Under the pieces are notes generated by a model. It saw nothing but the letters and a program-made list of their open reading frames with translations. It was not told the DNA's origin and searched no databases. DNA of 64,000 nucleotides from Polymyxa betae A26-41 (Eukaryota > Protista > Endomyxa: Phytomyxea): positions 62,001 to 126,000 of the forward strand of contig RBZT01000312.1 in assembly GCA_003693705.1 (NCBI GenBank). The letters run 5' to 3'. The position numbers were made by a program, and so were the translations under genes. Every line of letters begins with the position of its first letter. The first letter of the stretch is position 1. Below, in pieces: positions 27,751-42,700 of this stretch.

Positions 27751-30700
27751 ATGAATGATGGCGACGAATACCACTCCGATCAAGATATGGACCTTGGAGG
27801 ATTCCAAGGCAACCTTCCGCCGCCGCCGCCGATTGCCAACACTGAAAGAAGTCTTTCTTCGAATCCGATGTTGAATGATGCAGCAGCACATGAACCTGAA
27901 AGCTATGCCCCTTTTTCACTGGAACCACTCAATGAACAAGATGAGTCAAAATCAGAGCAAAATTCCAGACCTTCACAATCATCAAAGGTTTACTACGCCA
28001 AACTGTCTCTGAAATGTTTGAAATGCGATTCAGAAAATTTTTGATTTTCGTTTCGGAAAAATTCCCGAAGGCGTAAATGTTATTGTTGGAGGAAATAGTG
28101 ATGGACAGGCTGTTCTGGAAACACAAGCAGACCAGAGCACAGCGCTTGTTATTCCTCCTCAAGCGCATCTAGACTTGACATGTAAATCACATTGCCAATA
28201 ATTAAGAATTTTCTTAACGCATTTGCCAGTGGGTTGGAAAGAAGCTGCTCCCTATCTAAATGACTACACTATTGTCATGGACGTACGATTAGACACGCTT
28301 CCTCGCGATTGCCTTTCCCTATATGAAGCGAATGATGCCCGCCGAACTGAGGGTAGATCTGACATTCGATTTCGTAATTTCCTGTTTAAATTGCTCTCCC
28401 AGGAGAATGTTTCATCTCCAATCACGGCGGTGTAGGGATTTTTGGCGAATATGGAGTGAAAAATGCAGAAATCAAACCAGGAAGATGGCATCGTATAGTT
28501 GTAAGCCGTTAAATACCGTTATTGTGTTTCTTGACTTCTGTTCAGATTTCTTTTGGAGCTGATAGAGGTCCTGTCCGTCGCATGAACACCTATGTGAACA
28601 GTGAGCCTTGTGCTACCATTCAGAAAGGCGTATTTGATATTCCTGATAACCGTTTCGCTTTATCCGCTCAGTCATTGAGTTTGTTCAAGTCCTCCAGGCC
28701 TGAATTTCAGCCTGGTATTCGTGTTCGTTATGTTGAGGTCCAGATTGGTGCTGCTTCAAAAGAGGTACTGATAGTTTCACTGCCGATGGCTTTCACATTA
28801 ATTTTTGCAGAAAGTGAAGCAGTTTATAAACGAAAATCGAATATTCAGCTACTGGGAGGTTCAAAGAGAACAAGGTCTTTCTTTTCGGCTCAGCTCTTGA
28901 TTTTGCCAACTGATTTGAACTTGCAGATGAGAAGAGAAGATTTCAGGGTTTGTCCCTTCAATCGCTCTACAAGCGTCCGCCTCCTATTTGGCTACATCCA
29001 ATGTTTCTTGGTTGGTACAATTCAAGAGGCTTTCCAACTTTACCAAGCATTTCGTTTAGGGATGTTTGGAGATTGTCACCTAGGTGGGACGGGACTTGAT
29101 ACCGGTATGCTTACTCTCCTGAATCAACTGGTCTGTCATTTACGGCTGCAGGATCATCGTTGCATCCATGTATTACTGTAATGGATTTGATTCTGCATGG
29201 GATTCTCTCCAATCGGCAAGACATGCTATCCATGTTTAGCCATGAAGATATGCAAAGTCTTACATCACTCCAATCCATTTTGTCAGACGGCTCCGTCGTA
29301 TTCAAAAAAGTACCTTACTGCCAATTTGATACTGCATGTACCCCATTATTTGACGTAGTTCGCCAATGCTTGCCGGAATACATCGCAGATGATCCAGTTT
29401 ATAAAATGGTTCAGAGGAAGACTTGTTGCCCTCAAAGATGGAGATATTATGCTCGCTCCTTGCGGGATTTCTGCCCATCCAATCGTTTTCATTCTGGTTC
29501 GGAAACCGGATGGGTTTCTCGTCGTGTTTGTGAATACAGATCCAGAAACCGGGCTCAATTATCACCTTTCTAATGCCAGGGAGGAAAACAAAATCAAGTC
29601 GGTAAAGTATACAAAAAGATCGCTACATTGACACTTTTGAAGATTCAAAATGTGTATCGCCTTCGATAATGTTCCCGCCAGTCAAGTCATCAACGATGCC
29701 TTTTGGGCTGTTGCTTTCAAGGGTCCCGTTGAACAATCCAAGCATGATACACCCGATAAGGTCTGTATGTTGAATAGTTTCGCAGCTCTTTAACTTAAGA
29801 AGACAACCAGGTATATGAAATACTATTACCATGGCTTTCGCAGAAGCCGGTAGAGTGTTCAATACTTGAAACGGAGGATGATCCAGCAGTTGGTTGGCGA
29901 ACGCCGCAGCGATCTGCCATTCCTGCCTTTAGAGCACTCCATGAAGCTTCCGTTTATATCTTGTCCAGCAAAGGCAAATTTGCGTTCTTGAAACTGACAT
30001 AGAAACTGACTTGCCAAATTTGTAGGATTGAGCAAGGAAAAAGTTAAGAAAGTTTTCTTTGCGATTAGATTGCAAACTATTCTTCTGCTTCAAAACGATC
30101 TCGCCCATATGCCTTCCTTATCTGATGCAGATAGCAGATTGATCCGTTTGGCAGTTGAACAAGTGAGTTCGTTGCCTTTTTGGGGGTTCTCGTTACTGAC
30201 TGATATGTGTAGGTGGCTTACACTGCTGCGAAAATTATGGACTGTTCGGATAAGGCAACTTTGGACGCTAAGAACTTCATTCAAATCAAAACCATCTTAG
30301 ATCAGGTTAGTGTTATTATCAAGTAACAGCACCAAAACTCATAATGTCTGTGAAGATCGAAGAGAAAAGGCGCTCACTTCCAGCTCATGAAATCTCATCA
30401 TACAGCGATCAGGTTCAGATTGATTTTGAGAGAGGCAGCGACTCGAAATGGCAGTCACTGTTGTTACCGCATTTTGAAAGGCTGATTCAAGAAGATGTTC
30501 GAGGACTGGCTGGTTTCCCAACCAGAATGCCAACGTAGAGACCATTATTCTCTGTGTTTCACCATAATAACTGCTCGCTAGATACGTTCCAGTAGATATG
30601 CTGCAAATTCCTGAACCGCCTGCAAAGACGTTTCCTGAATGCGTTGCTGCGTTGCGTCATACAGACAGGCTCTGCACTTTAGTAATGGTCCAATCCAAGA

Positions 30701-33700
30701 AACACATTCGTCATGCAATCTTCATGATAACTGCTCTGATTGAACACACGTTCCTTCACGTTCTTCCAGCTCCTTTACCATTAGATGATCGTAAAGATGT
30801 AAGCGAAACATTAATTGTAGTTCGTGTTTTACTGAAACCGGCCGAAGCAATGCGTGTGGTCGACTCCAATGCTGTATGCACAGCAGCTTGACATTCTTCT
30901 GCTTTGCCAGCGAATCATGGAACATTTTGTCGCCACTGCATTTTCACTGCAACCAAATCGCTCTCTTGATGCCACAAAGCTGGTCGTCTCGGGGTGTATC
31001 ATGGCGATTGCCGACCGCGTTATGCGTGTGATGGCAACCGACATTCCATCAGAGGTATAGTTCTTGTTTCAAGCAGCCTGGCAATGACTTGCGACTTTAG
31101 GTCTCACTGAATTTGCACGCTCACGGCCATCGACAAGCGCTGTTTGCGCCAACTCTTGGAAGATTTGCTGAACAGGTTGTTAACTGGTCTTCTGTGTTGT
31201 ATTTTTCTCTGATTCTTGCAGACCTCTGAAGTTCTCGTTTACTACCCGGAGCTCGTAGTTGCACGAACAGCTGTGCTTCGATATTTCGAGTATCTACAAT
31301 CAGGTTTGCTTGAAAATGATCACTGTCATTTTTCTAAAGATGTTGTCAGTCACTCTCGAGACCAACCTGATTTTCGATTGGGAAAATGGTAACGGTGTCC
31401 AGCAAGGAACGTGTCTTCTAATCGAGCAGGCAATCTTCCGTTTAATTTGTTTTGATTCCAACTGAGGCTGCTTTCAGATTTGTGCTGATTTAGCTTTTCC
31501 TGTCGATAATCTACCAGCGTACGTTTCCGGAGAATCGCATCTGATTCAGAAAAATTATCCGGAATGGCCCTGCTATCGCGATATTTCATTTTGGTACTGA
31601 GGGGTGGAATGACCTTTCAACGTTTAACCGGTGTTTTATAGGTTCAAATATTTCCAAAATACAGATGAGAAGTGCTTTCCGCCCGTTCCGATGCAGCCGT
31701 ATGTTCAAAAGCAGGCATGTCTGGAATGGGAACTTGGGCAACAGGGATATACGGTTGTTGCATTCCGGATGCCAATTCAATGTCGGCCATTAAAAGGTAA
31801 AGGGTTGCTTTTACTGTGTAGTCTGCTCATTAAATTTGTAAAGGACCCTTTACGGAACGGTTTTCATCACCATCGAAGCCTCATTTGCTCACTGCACCAC
31901 ATTCGGTCGAGACAGAAGATGATGTTCTTCATGTGAAAAATCTTCCTACCTTTGAGGGTGCTCTTGGTCAAAGGGATTCTGAGCTTTTGATTTCGTATTT
32001 GACTGTCCCTTATATCCGCATTCCCTTGTTGCTGTACGTATATGGAATCTCGATGGCCGCTAAGTTCATTTTCTGATGTTGTGCAGGACCTTTTTCTCTA
32101 CGCATGATCGCATTCACTCGTTGCGAAATCCAAAGCTTCGTGAGGTAATTCTTCTGCTGTGTATGGTCTCAGAACTAATGTTCTTTAGCTGCTTGATAGC
32201 GCTTTGTTCGAACCCGGGTCTTATTTGCAGGGAAAACTTTCGAATGTTGCACCAACTTTAGTGCCAACCGAAGAAAAGGAGCTCCTCTCCACTGAATACG
32301 GCTACTTGCTTAACGAATTATATCATTCACCTCAGCGTGTCATTGAGTCGATTACCACTCTTTTAAAGCAAGCTCTGGAACTAGACACTGGTGTTTTTGA
32401 CCCTTCAACATCTGACATTATCCTATTCGTCGTGACCATCGCTAGTCATGTTGAGAATTACATCGCGTTTCTTTTGAAATCGCACCATCAAGCCTCCGCC
32501 AACACCCTTCTGAAAAACGTGAATCTTTCTGACTCCCAGCAAAAGCTGCTATTATCTGGACTCAATTCGATTTCGTCACTGCTACAACACCAGTTCAGTG
32601 ATCTCCTACTGCGATGGTTCTCACAAGTATATTCGACCGTAACAGAAGAATCCATCGACGAAATGACCAAAATTGCCTGCACAGTTCATGCTCATTTACT
32701 TCTAATTCTTCGTAACTCCGAAGAGTTTCCTCCCCAATTTATCGAACGTTTCCTTTCAAGCTTATTATTTGTTACGACCAGACACAGCTGGAATCTGAAT
32801 CTTTTACCGATTCCGGAAACCCACATCTTTGAGCTGCTCACCTTCTGCCAGAGAAAACTGATTGCGACATTGAAATGTCTTCCAAAACAGGTTCTCAATC
32901 AGACATTAGATCATTCTATTGCCACAACAACACAAACCACCCCTTCGACTCACCGTCAATGGGCTTTCGTAGCTGGACCTCGATCTATTGGTAGATATAC
33001 AGTCGAAAGTCATCCAGAATCTACTGGTAACACAAGGTGATCGTTCGCTGCCATTTTGATGAAAATTTTTCGCTGCAGATATAATCGCCACCGTTGATGC
33101 CCAATCGGGAGAGCTCGGAATCGAGATCGACGTTCAAAGAGCGCAATTGACTTTCTGCAATGCCCATCTTGAAGCGTTACAGATATCTATTTTACTGGAT
33201 CCCGATATTCAGCTGGTTTTTGGCGGTGCAAAGTCCATTCAGGCTGCAATGGTCGAAACCGCACAGCATCGAGATCTATATGAGTTAATCGGCCGCGATC
33301 ATTCAATTGAGCATTGGTAATTATGAAAAACCTCTTTTGTTAGGAGCTCATAGTTACAAAATGTAGGAAGACAGCCGACGAGCGTCCCGGCTTGATTCCT
33401 TTCGAGACGCGTGATTATTCTCCTGGAGATCTTGAGGACTCCGAGAGATGGATCGTCAATATATTCGAGCCTATACGTCTCTCGTCAGTCCGCTTGATTC
33501 CAGTGTCATTGACAACTAATTAGTGACAGTTATTTCATGAAACCTGTCCCCATCCAGATTGTGATGTCTGCGGATATCACGCCGTCTCAGGCAACCGTTG
33601 CGATATTGTACGCTTTGCATCCTATGAACGGTGGTGCTTGGAAAGAGATTCATGTTCGTCGTGAATTCTGTGAAGTTTTCGATCTTGTGTCACATGGGCG

Positions 33701-36700
33701 AAGGATATATCGCTCTCTGGTCTACACATCTGATTCGAGGTTTTCTTTGCGCGATTTGCAACCACCTCCAAAGAACCGTGATTTTCCATGGCAACCTTGG
33801 GAGAGGCATGCCGCAGGCCATCCGTTAAAACCAGCAGCTAGTGAGTTCTGTTGTTTGCCTGATTTATCAATAACGTCTCGGTTAGATCCGATTTCGGTTG
33901 TAATCATTCGACATGTTGATCACGAGTCCAATAAATCTGGGGACGATGAAATGTTTATTCCGGCCCGTCTTTTGGACGGAATCGTTCCATCAGCGCTTCT
34001 GGATAAGTTCTTGTTTTGGCAAGATAAAGACAATAATATTCGTGGGTATATGTTGAAAAAAGGCAAGGATATTTCTGATCACGTCGTATTTATCCGGCTG
34101 GTGGATTCTCAACAGGTTGGGCAAATCGTACGTGGAAATTTGTTCTCTAAAACCTTGAAGATCAACTGCACTGGGCTGCCGGGTGTTGGGGCTATCATCA
34201 CACGATCTTTAGCAATCCCACCATCTGGAGCGGTCACGAAAAGTGACCAGACGTTGCGATTAGTGAATGCATCGTTCGCGCCCGAAGGAAGCATCATTTC
34301 TGATGTGAACAAAGTGCTGTCTCGGATCGAACGAAATGCTTTTACTTTGATTTGGACTACTGCATTAGTTGAATATCCAGATTCAACTATTCAGGATCAA
34401 TCGATTTCAAGGTGCCCCTTGAAATCGCTTGTTATTGTTGGGTTTTGACCGATGTCACAGTAATGAACTCACTATCGACTTGATCGAACTGCCCCGTTTA
34501 AATATGAGTTTCTCTGTTAAAGAGGATATGGACGGTGTCAAGCGCCTTTACAGCGATGATCACGTGTATGCTGTTATCTTTGCCATTTCTAAGTTAATTT
34601 TAATTACTCATAGGAACTTGTTTGTGTCAAACGAACGTTCTGTCCTCACAATGTCGTTGATTGCTGGAATTCCTCATTCGCTTTTACTATCGAATGAAAA
34701 CAACGATATTCAAGTTCTTATTCCTGTAGTGATCATGAAGCACGATTTGACAGCCAGCTTACGATTTGTTTAGGCTGTGCCTCCTATACGGCCAATCATC
34801 AGTTCATCCCCATTCTCTACTGAACTAGTTCTTGTTAGAAATGACCCAACGTGGTACCAAGCCTTTGATGTAACCTACTTTGTATATCCAATTCGTAAGA
34901 AATCATCTGTTGATGTTGTAGTCATCTGATTTTCTTAATCAGATGTCAGTCTATCGTTTATGTTCACCCCGACACTATCTTCGGCGCTCTATCTATTGCT
35001 GCTTCGTATTTTGCATCGTGACTACCAACAAGTCATTCGTCTGAGTATACAGCCACTCTGCTATCTGAGACAGCGTTCTGATTTGTCGTTAGCAAATTCT
35101 ATCGGAACTGATACCGCATTTTCCAAAGAGGAATCACAGATCTTCCAGCTCCTGGCGCAAAGTGTTTCAGATTGTGCTCCAGATTCTCACGCCTGTCGAC
35201 TTCGAATTTCTTATGTCACAATTGATAGTCCTGTTGAGTGTCCTTGGCTGCTAACGAAGGAGCTGGCCAATTACATCATCAAATATGCACATGTATCAGC
35301 CACATGCCGCCTCACTTTGCAAGAGGAATTTCAGCTGTTACAGCTTGCAATTACAGATTTGTCGGATGCTCGGTTTGATCCGAAGATTTATTCAGTGCTC
35401 GAAATTTACACAGTTAAAAATCGTCGCAGCAGAGTTCAAGCAATTCTTGATGGTGAAAGATCCGCTAAAGCATTCAGTTTGCCCGCTCCCGAGCGTGGTC
35501 TCAGCACAACTGCATGGCCCTTTTACTGTGATATTTCAGCTATTGCTGCCCAAGACCAAGATTTTGCTGATCTGATCGTCCATTATGCTGCGAATCCGAT
35601 GATATCTGGTGATACCGTCATGAAGACGATTAGCGGATTTTGGACCCGTCAGGAAGATATGTCTGGGCATGCTTTGCAATTAGGGTTCTTATTCATTTAT
35701 GGCCTATTAACTGTATGTCTGTCGAACTGTTCGGAAGCTGTCATCTGCTCATATTCTTCAACAGGGAACAATTACAGCTAAAGTATGTAACAACAACGAT
35801 TCGTTCGCTTTAGCATCGATTCTTCTACAAACAATGTCAGATAGACATGTTCAGTCGATCATGTCGTCCATTCTCCATATTCTGGTTCAAAATCCAGAAC
35901 TTGTCAAGATATGCCCAAAGTTCATTGATAATCGCCAGTTCCGCACCGAGCAGATTCGCTGCGTTGGCGACGTTCATTCCCCTGTCTCGCCACTAGCAGA
36001 ATTGTTCAGGAATTGCATTCCAATCCTGCTTGCAAATGTCGAATCTTTATGGAGTCCACCTCCGCTGCCAGAACTGCCTGGCTCAATTGCTGTCGAAGTG
36101 AAAGTTCAAACTCTGAAACAGTATTCGGATCTCTGGTAAGCAAATCCGGGTGTGTGATCAACTGCTAAGCTGCCCTACAGGCCGATTCCCGCAATCTCCG
36201 ATTTCTCTTGTGCCTCCAGAAACATTCGTTGTGTCAGTCGAGAGGAGTTACCTGAACAATTCAAGGACCTGGCTCTATCTGCTGCTGAGCTTGAGGCTCT
36301 AAGTGACGCGCCGCTAGCAGGTGCTATCGATTTGTCAGCGTCTATTATGCATCAATCGAGATCGGAATCCGGCCTTTCCATGGTTCCAGATGAGGTATCA
36401 ATACTGTAAACTGCTTCCTGAATTCTCAACTCCATTTCAGCTTTCTTTTGATATCTCTCGGCATCCTGAAGCTCAATCTGCGGTTGCACGCTCCTTGCTG
36501 GATCGTCTTGGAAATGATTTGAAATTGTATGCGGATTTCGAGAACAAAGGAATGTTTGCAAAGTTCAGGCCGATCGTTGAGTTGGAGGCTCGTTTGCTGG
36601 AGAAGTCTTGCGATGAAGCTGTAGCTGGTAGAAGTGTGTTTGTCGCCCTTCATCATCGTCTGATATTTCCACTCAGATGTTGGTGATCTTTATTCTGTCG

Positions 36701-39700
36701 TCGAGGGCCTCGGCGTTACATTAGAGGCACTCAGATTTGCTGACAGGTTTGTGATCTGATATCACTGCAGGTTAGCAAACATTAATTTGTGTGATTTAGT
36801 GATTATGTCCGATTGGCCTTGGAATCCTTGATCGAACTGAGCAATAAGGTGGAAGATCCTTCTCATGACGTTTCATTGTCTCGTTGCATGTTCATCTTCC
36901 GTCGTTATTCTGGAGCTCGGTCTTCTATATGTACAGTCAGATGCCATTTGCGTTCTCATTTGACCGAAACTTGTAGGGCTTGAATTCGTGTTTGCCTGCC
37001 TTCTTTGTTCTGACGCGAAGCGCGACTTTTGGACTTTGAATCCGTTCCTCTCGGAATCAGAGGTTGAGCTTATCTTGCAGATCTCGATGGCAGCCATTCT
37101 TCATGCGAACCGAATCGGACAGGTAGACTGAAATTTGTTCGTAGAATGGCCCTGTAAAGTGCATAGATCAACCGCTGCTTGAACCATGTTCGAGCAATTT
37201 TATCGTGTCTGAAGTCGTTGTCGACGACTCCAATGGATGACACGTCCAGATCGATTACAGCGCTAAAGCAACAATCTGAGATGCTAGCTAAGAACCTTGG
37301 TGCGAAACGATATTATATGACGAATGCAAGCAGTAAATTTGCAAATGTACGGCTATGCCGCCCTAGACGCAACGTTAATCATTAAATTGGTTGACAGGAT
37401 GCGTTCCAGCTTGATCCAAGATATCTTATTTTTGAGTTTACTTGGAATTTACAGCTAAGAAAGCAGCAAATCGACCTCGTTCAAGACTTTATGCAGTCAT
37501 TGGAACAAAACAAATCTCTTGTTAAACAGGTTTGTCGGTTGGTCTCTTTCATTCCGATTGTTTAACTCTATTTGCTCTGTTTAGATGATCATGGGTGCAG
37601 GCAAAACTACTGGTATTGTGTAACGATTCGCGCCATTTCAACGAATTCATTTACAACAGTTGTTGGCCCATTACTGGCGCTTATGCTTGGTGACGGCAAA
37701 GGTCTTGCTGTGCAGGTTGTCCCACCAGCGTTGCTTGAGTTTTCTCGTGGAATAATGCGCTCGACTTTTTCCTCAATTATTCATAAGCGTATCTATACTC
37801 TAAGTTTCGACCGCAATTCCAAAGCAGACGCCAATTTGTTGAACAAACTCGAGAACTGTCGCAAGACCCGCGGCGTCGTGATTTCGACGCCAACATCGAT
37901 TAAGTCGTTAATGCTGAAACTTATTGAATATCTGGATTGTCTTAACAGTGATGATATGATTATGGAGCACGGAATCCTTGATGAAGTTCAGATTTTGCAG
38001 CAGATTATTTCAATGTTCCACCATGGCACTCTGATTATGGATGAGGTTGACCTGCTGCTGCATCCTTTGAAGTCAGAATTGAATTTCCCAATTGGAGCGA
38101 AAAAGCCGGTCGACTTTGAGCCTCATCGGTAAAGTTTTCATCTTGCCTATGATCTGTCATTGACGATGCGCTTTTAGATGGAAATTACCAATCCATATTC
38201 TTGATGCCTTATTCTACGCTGAACGACAGAAGATGTCGGTTGGCTTCAAGGAATCGCGCCGTGCTTTTGTACTTCTGCAGCAGGTCCAACTCTGCAGTTG
38301 TAGATTTCTAATCATTCGTTCTAATCGACTCTGCAGATTCGAAAGGTCGTTGAGGAGGGTTTCGAATGCCGCGCCCTTCAAAGTATCCCACACTTGGTTC
38401 TTCTGGATCCCGATTTTTACCAGGTTTTCATGCAATCATTTTCTAACGATTCACTGTGGTCTCAAAAATTCTTTTAGGTTCGCCTTAAACCTCTCATGGT
38501 TGAATGGACCATTCTTTGGCTCGAATCACAGCACTTGTCAGGCTTGCCTGAACAGCAAGTAAAACTGTATCTATCCGCAGAGTCGCTTGAACAGTCAATG
38601 GTCCAGTTTTCAATCTGTTAATAACCCATGTTGTTGATGCGTTTTAGATCGATTTGGTCAATCACCATATAGCCCCGCATCATAAGAAGATGCTCAACCT
38701 GTCCCGAGACTGGCTCAATACGTTTTTACCACATTGTCTTGCAAAGATTAACAGAATCTCCTTTGGTTTATTATCCGATTTCGATTTTGCCAAGTGGGTA
38801 TCATCATTTGACACGAAAACATTACCTGATAATGTCATTCAGGGCCATCGAAGTAGATCCACACATGCCACGAACTCGAGCCAAGTTAGGCATCCCGTTC
38901 GTTGGCAAAGACACTCCTTCACGCTCCAGTGAATTCGCCCATCCTGATATCATCCTCGGCTTGACCATACTTGCCTACCGATGTTCGATCGCTCAACTTG
39001 GTCTCTTTGGCGCTGGTTCTCACATTATTTCAGATGAGGGGCTTCGACGAAGCGATTTCAACGACATCATTCAGAGCTTGCGTACATCGATGATCAAAGA
39101 AATCGGACCTTTCCATGAAAGGAAATCGTGCCGTCAGTATGAGGCCTGGGTCAATGAAGCAGGAGGACGAATTAAAGGTAGCTCTGATGGTATGAACGAT
39201 ATGGAACCAGAGGTGGTCCATTTACGTCTCCTGAAACCCTCCAATGAGACGCAAATGAACTCGCTGTTCGATCTCTGGCATAAGCTGCCAGATGTCATCC
39301 ATTGGTACCTGAACGAATATATCTTCCCTGTATATCTTCAGCATCAAGCTGTGAAGCTTAGCGAGAGCGGCCAAGGCCTGGGTGGCTCAATGCTATTTGG
39401 TCGTAGAATAGGATTCAGTGGAACTCCAAGGTTCGTCATGCTATCAGATCTCCTGGTTGCCTTGATTGAAGCTGATTCAGTGACCTGCTTCCAATCGAAC
39501 TTGGAAAATGTGGTTATGAGAAGGGTTCGGATGGAAAAGTTGTTTACACCATGACGAACCCAGACGTTGTTCGAGTTCGCTATATCGAAAAGGGATGGAC
39601 TGTCGATTCTCTTCTCAACGTTATCGCAAACGGTGGTGTGAAGTACAATGCGTTGATTGACACCGGGGCCTTAATTACCGGATTGTCGAACTATCAAGTC

Positions 39701-42700
39701 GGTTTCTTTTCGCCCTCACCACACCTGCCTTATGTCCGATCAGGTGGCAGAGTCTCTGCTTCGAAAAGGCTTGAAGGGCTTTGATGGGGTCGCTTTCTTG
39801 GACGACGCCGACCGTAAAATGATCCTGGTTCGAGCTACTGGTCGTGTTGTTAAACTTGACCAATGTGGAATCGATGTCAATCGGCGATTCGTATTCTATG
39901 ATCAAGGTCCTCGCGCTCTGATTGTTTTTGAAGTCGTTAATCTCGTATGAACAGTGCATACCACTGGAATGGACTTCCAGCATGCTTTAGATGCACATGC
40001 AGTGCTTACTTTGGGGAAAGACATGGTATTCAGAGATTATGCTCAAGGCGCCTATCGAATGCGTGGTATTGGCGTTGGGCACACCATCGAACTGCTGATT
40101 ATCCCAGAAGTCTTAACATTGATCAGGCATTGCTAAGCTCTCGAAACCGAAATGCTGTCGTCTGAATTGTCTTTAGGAGAGAGTTAGCAGCTGCTCGAAT
40201 GGACGCAATGGAAGATAAAGCAGAGAATATTTTACATGATGTTACTGCATGGCTCAATATCAACAGCATGAAATCGGAGCGTATTCAGTTCAATCAGCTG
40301 TGCCTCCAGGTATGGATGGGATATCATTGAAAGCGCGGTCAGGATTAATACGGTCCATTTCCAGAATATCGGCAACATTTGGAGGAAGAAAGCCTTTGAA
40401 GCTCTCCTGACTCAATATGACGCTTTCTTGAATGGACCCAACAACCTTCCTGCACAACTGAAAATGTCGTTGGATGTTTTCAAAGAGAAGATCGATTTCA
40501 GCATAGAAGCTTGCGTTCCTCAACCGGTAGAAGCTCGTTTTGTCTGGGATGCCTCTTCGACTTAGTCTGCATCAGGTTTCGTTTTTGGAAACAATTAATG
40601 GGCTTGTAGAAGATAACAAACAATTAATTGTTACACAATCGGAATGGGATATCATCGAGTCAGTTCGTAAATTGAGTTCAACAGTCATTTATGACGATTC
40701 TCAACACGTTTTTAACGCTGAAATGGTCCAGGAACAGGTTCGTTGACTCGTTGCATTATCAGGACGCAAGATATCTGAACCCTTCCTTTTGTTTAGGAGC
40801 AAGAACAGGAACAAGAGCAGGAGCAAGAGCAGGAGATCGAGATCGAGAAATTTGTTGATCTGGCATACAGCCGTGAAAATGAGCGGCAAATTCCATGGGA
40901 GTTCTCCCTGCTCTCCGGCCATGGCAGCGAAAAGCCTCCATTCTATGCTCTTCGTGAGTTCCATTTGGCTAAACGGGAACCCATCTCGTTCCCGTCTTTC
41001 CTTCTGGCGTCAAACAATTATTTCAATCCGAAATGGTCGGGACCCCGTCGTATCAAAAATAGTATGAGATCTGAAAACCGCTGCTCATTCGGACCTAATC
41101 AGTTTTTCTCAGTATCCGTTACGCTTGAATGGTCGCTGTCCTCCTCGCCAGCTTTGGCACCCTCTCACTTAGATCAGCCGATGTCAAAATCCGAATTGGA
41201 ATCGGCTCAGAAAGCTTTTGAACTATTTGATATCGACGGCTCCGGCGATCTAAATGCTGCTGAACTTCATAGCGCGTTACAAGCTGCACTGGATATTGAA
41301 CTATCAACTGATGAACTTATGCAGGCTTCAGGTGCAGCCTGAGACCGATTATCATTGTTCAGGCCTGATTGTGTCTAACAGGAGGCAAGGCCCTCAATTT
41401 TACGAATTTTGTCGAATTTTTGAAAAGTGGTAACTTCCGGCAATGTCACAATTCGGTTCGTCTGATATCCATCATCATCACTCTGCGCTGACTTTGTTGA
41501 ACAGCGATATTTTGTTTCCGTCTCATTGGCCGAAGCTGAAACGATCCGAAAAATTCTGCATTCTGCTCCATCTGAACGTATCCGGATTGCTCTGAGATGC
41601 CTCGACGCTGATCACACTATTCTGGATGCTTCACCCAGTTTCTATCCTACAACTAACTATATGGGCAATGTACCGTATAAGCCTGTTTTCTTATGGCTCT
41701 CTGTTTATCTATTGATTCAGGCGGCGTATGCTTGCTTGCGTTTCTTCAATTCAGATATGTACTTCAACAATGCTGAAATCAATCTGCTGCTTCAGTCACT
41801 TCGAAATTCTACGATGCGCAAGCGTCGAATCTTCTTCCAGAATCTACTATCATGTCGTCGTCGATCGGTTAGATGCTGCTTAATTCGAAAGTTCCATTGT
41901 CCTCTTAGCTCGCTTTCAGGTCCGCAAATGGGAGGAAGCACCCATTGCAAGACTGTTCACCACGCCAACCGAATTCGACCTTCTCAAGCAGCGAGCACAA
42001 TCTTTACGCCTGCGAGCCGCCATTCAGGTTTGTTCATATCAAGGTCATCTAATTTGTTCTCACATTTCTGTAGGCCAAAGGTTTACCTCTGCATGACGCC
42101 TTCCGAATGTTCAATTATGCTCGAAACGGCTTATTGAGCACTGCCGAGCTCTGGGGCGCCTTAGATTGGCTTGGATTCTCGGTTTCAGCTGACGATGTTT
42201 TGGGTAAATTCGTCATTGCTTGAAGTTGCACTTTCCTGACTGACTCTTATTAGATTTCATGAGATCTGCTGATACTGACAAAGACGGGCTGATTTCCTAT
42301 CGAGACTTTTCAGAAATGATTTCCAATACCAATCAAGAAGAGAACATTCAAGAAGCTGACGAGGCAATTATTTGTAGCCCGTCTCATGCTGTAAATACTT
42401 TCATTATCATTGATATTTGTCGTCCTAAATGCGTATATGCAGGAACTGGGACGTATTCCACCGAAAGGAGAAGACCTTCTTCGCCAATTACAGAACGAGC
42501 GTGATCTCCAGGAAGCTCAAGAGGTTTTTTACAAAATATTTCGCCATCTAACTCCACACTTATATGCAAACTAGGAGGAAATTGAGGCTGAACGTGAACG
42601 TAGAGACGAGCTTCGGTAATTTTTTAAATTCTCGCTTCGTAATTTTGAACCGATCAATGTAGAATTCGTGAAAGCTTGATCGCAGCTGCTCTGGAAGAGA

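Noticed and set aside
42364-42442. Apparent additional GC-AG intron
   Set aside because: An in-phase GT donor at 42391 gives a typical 52-nt intron
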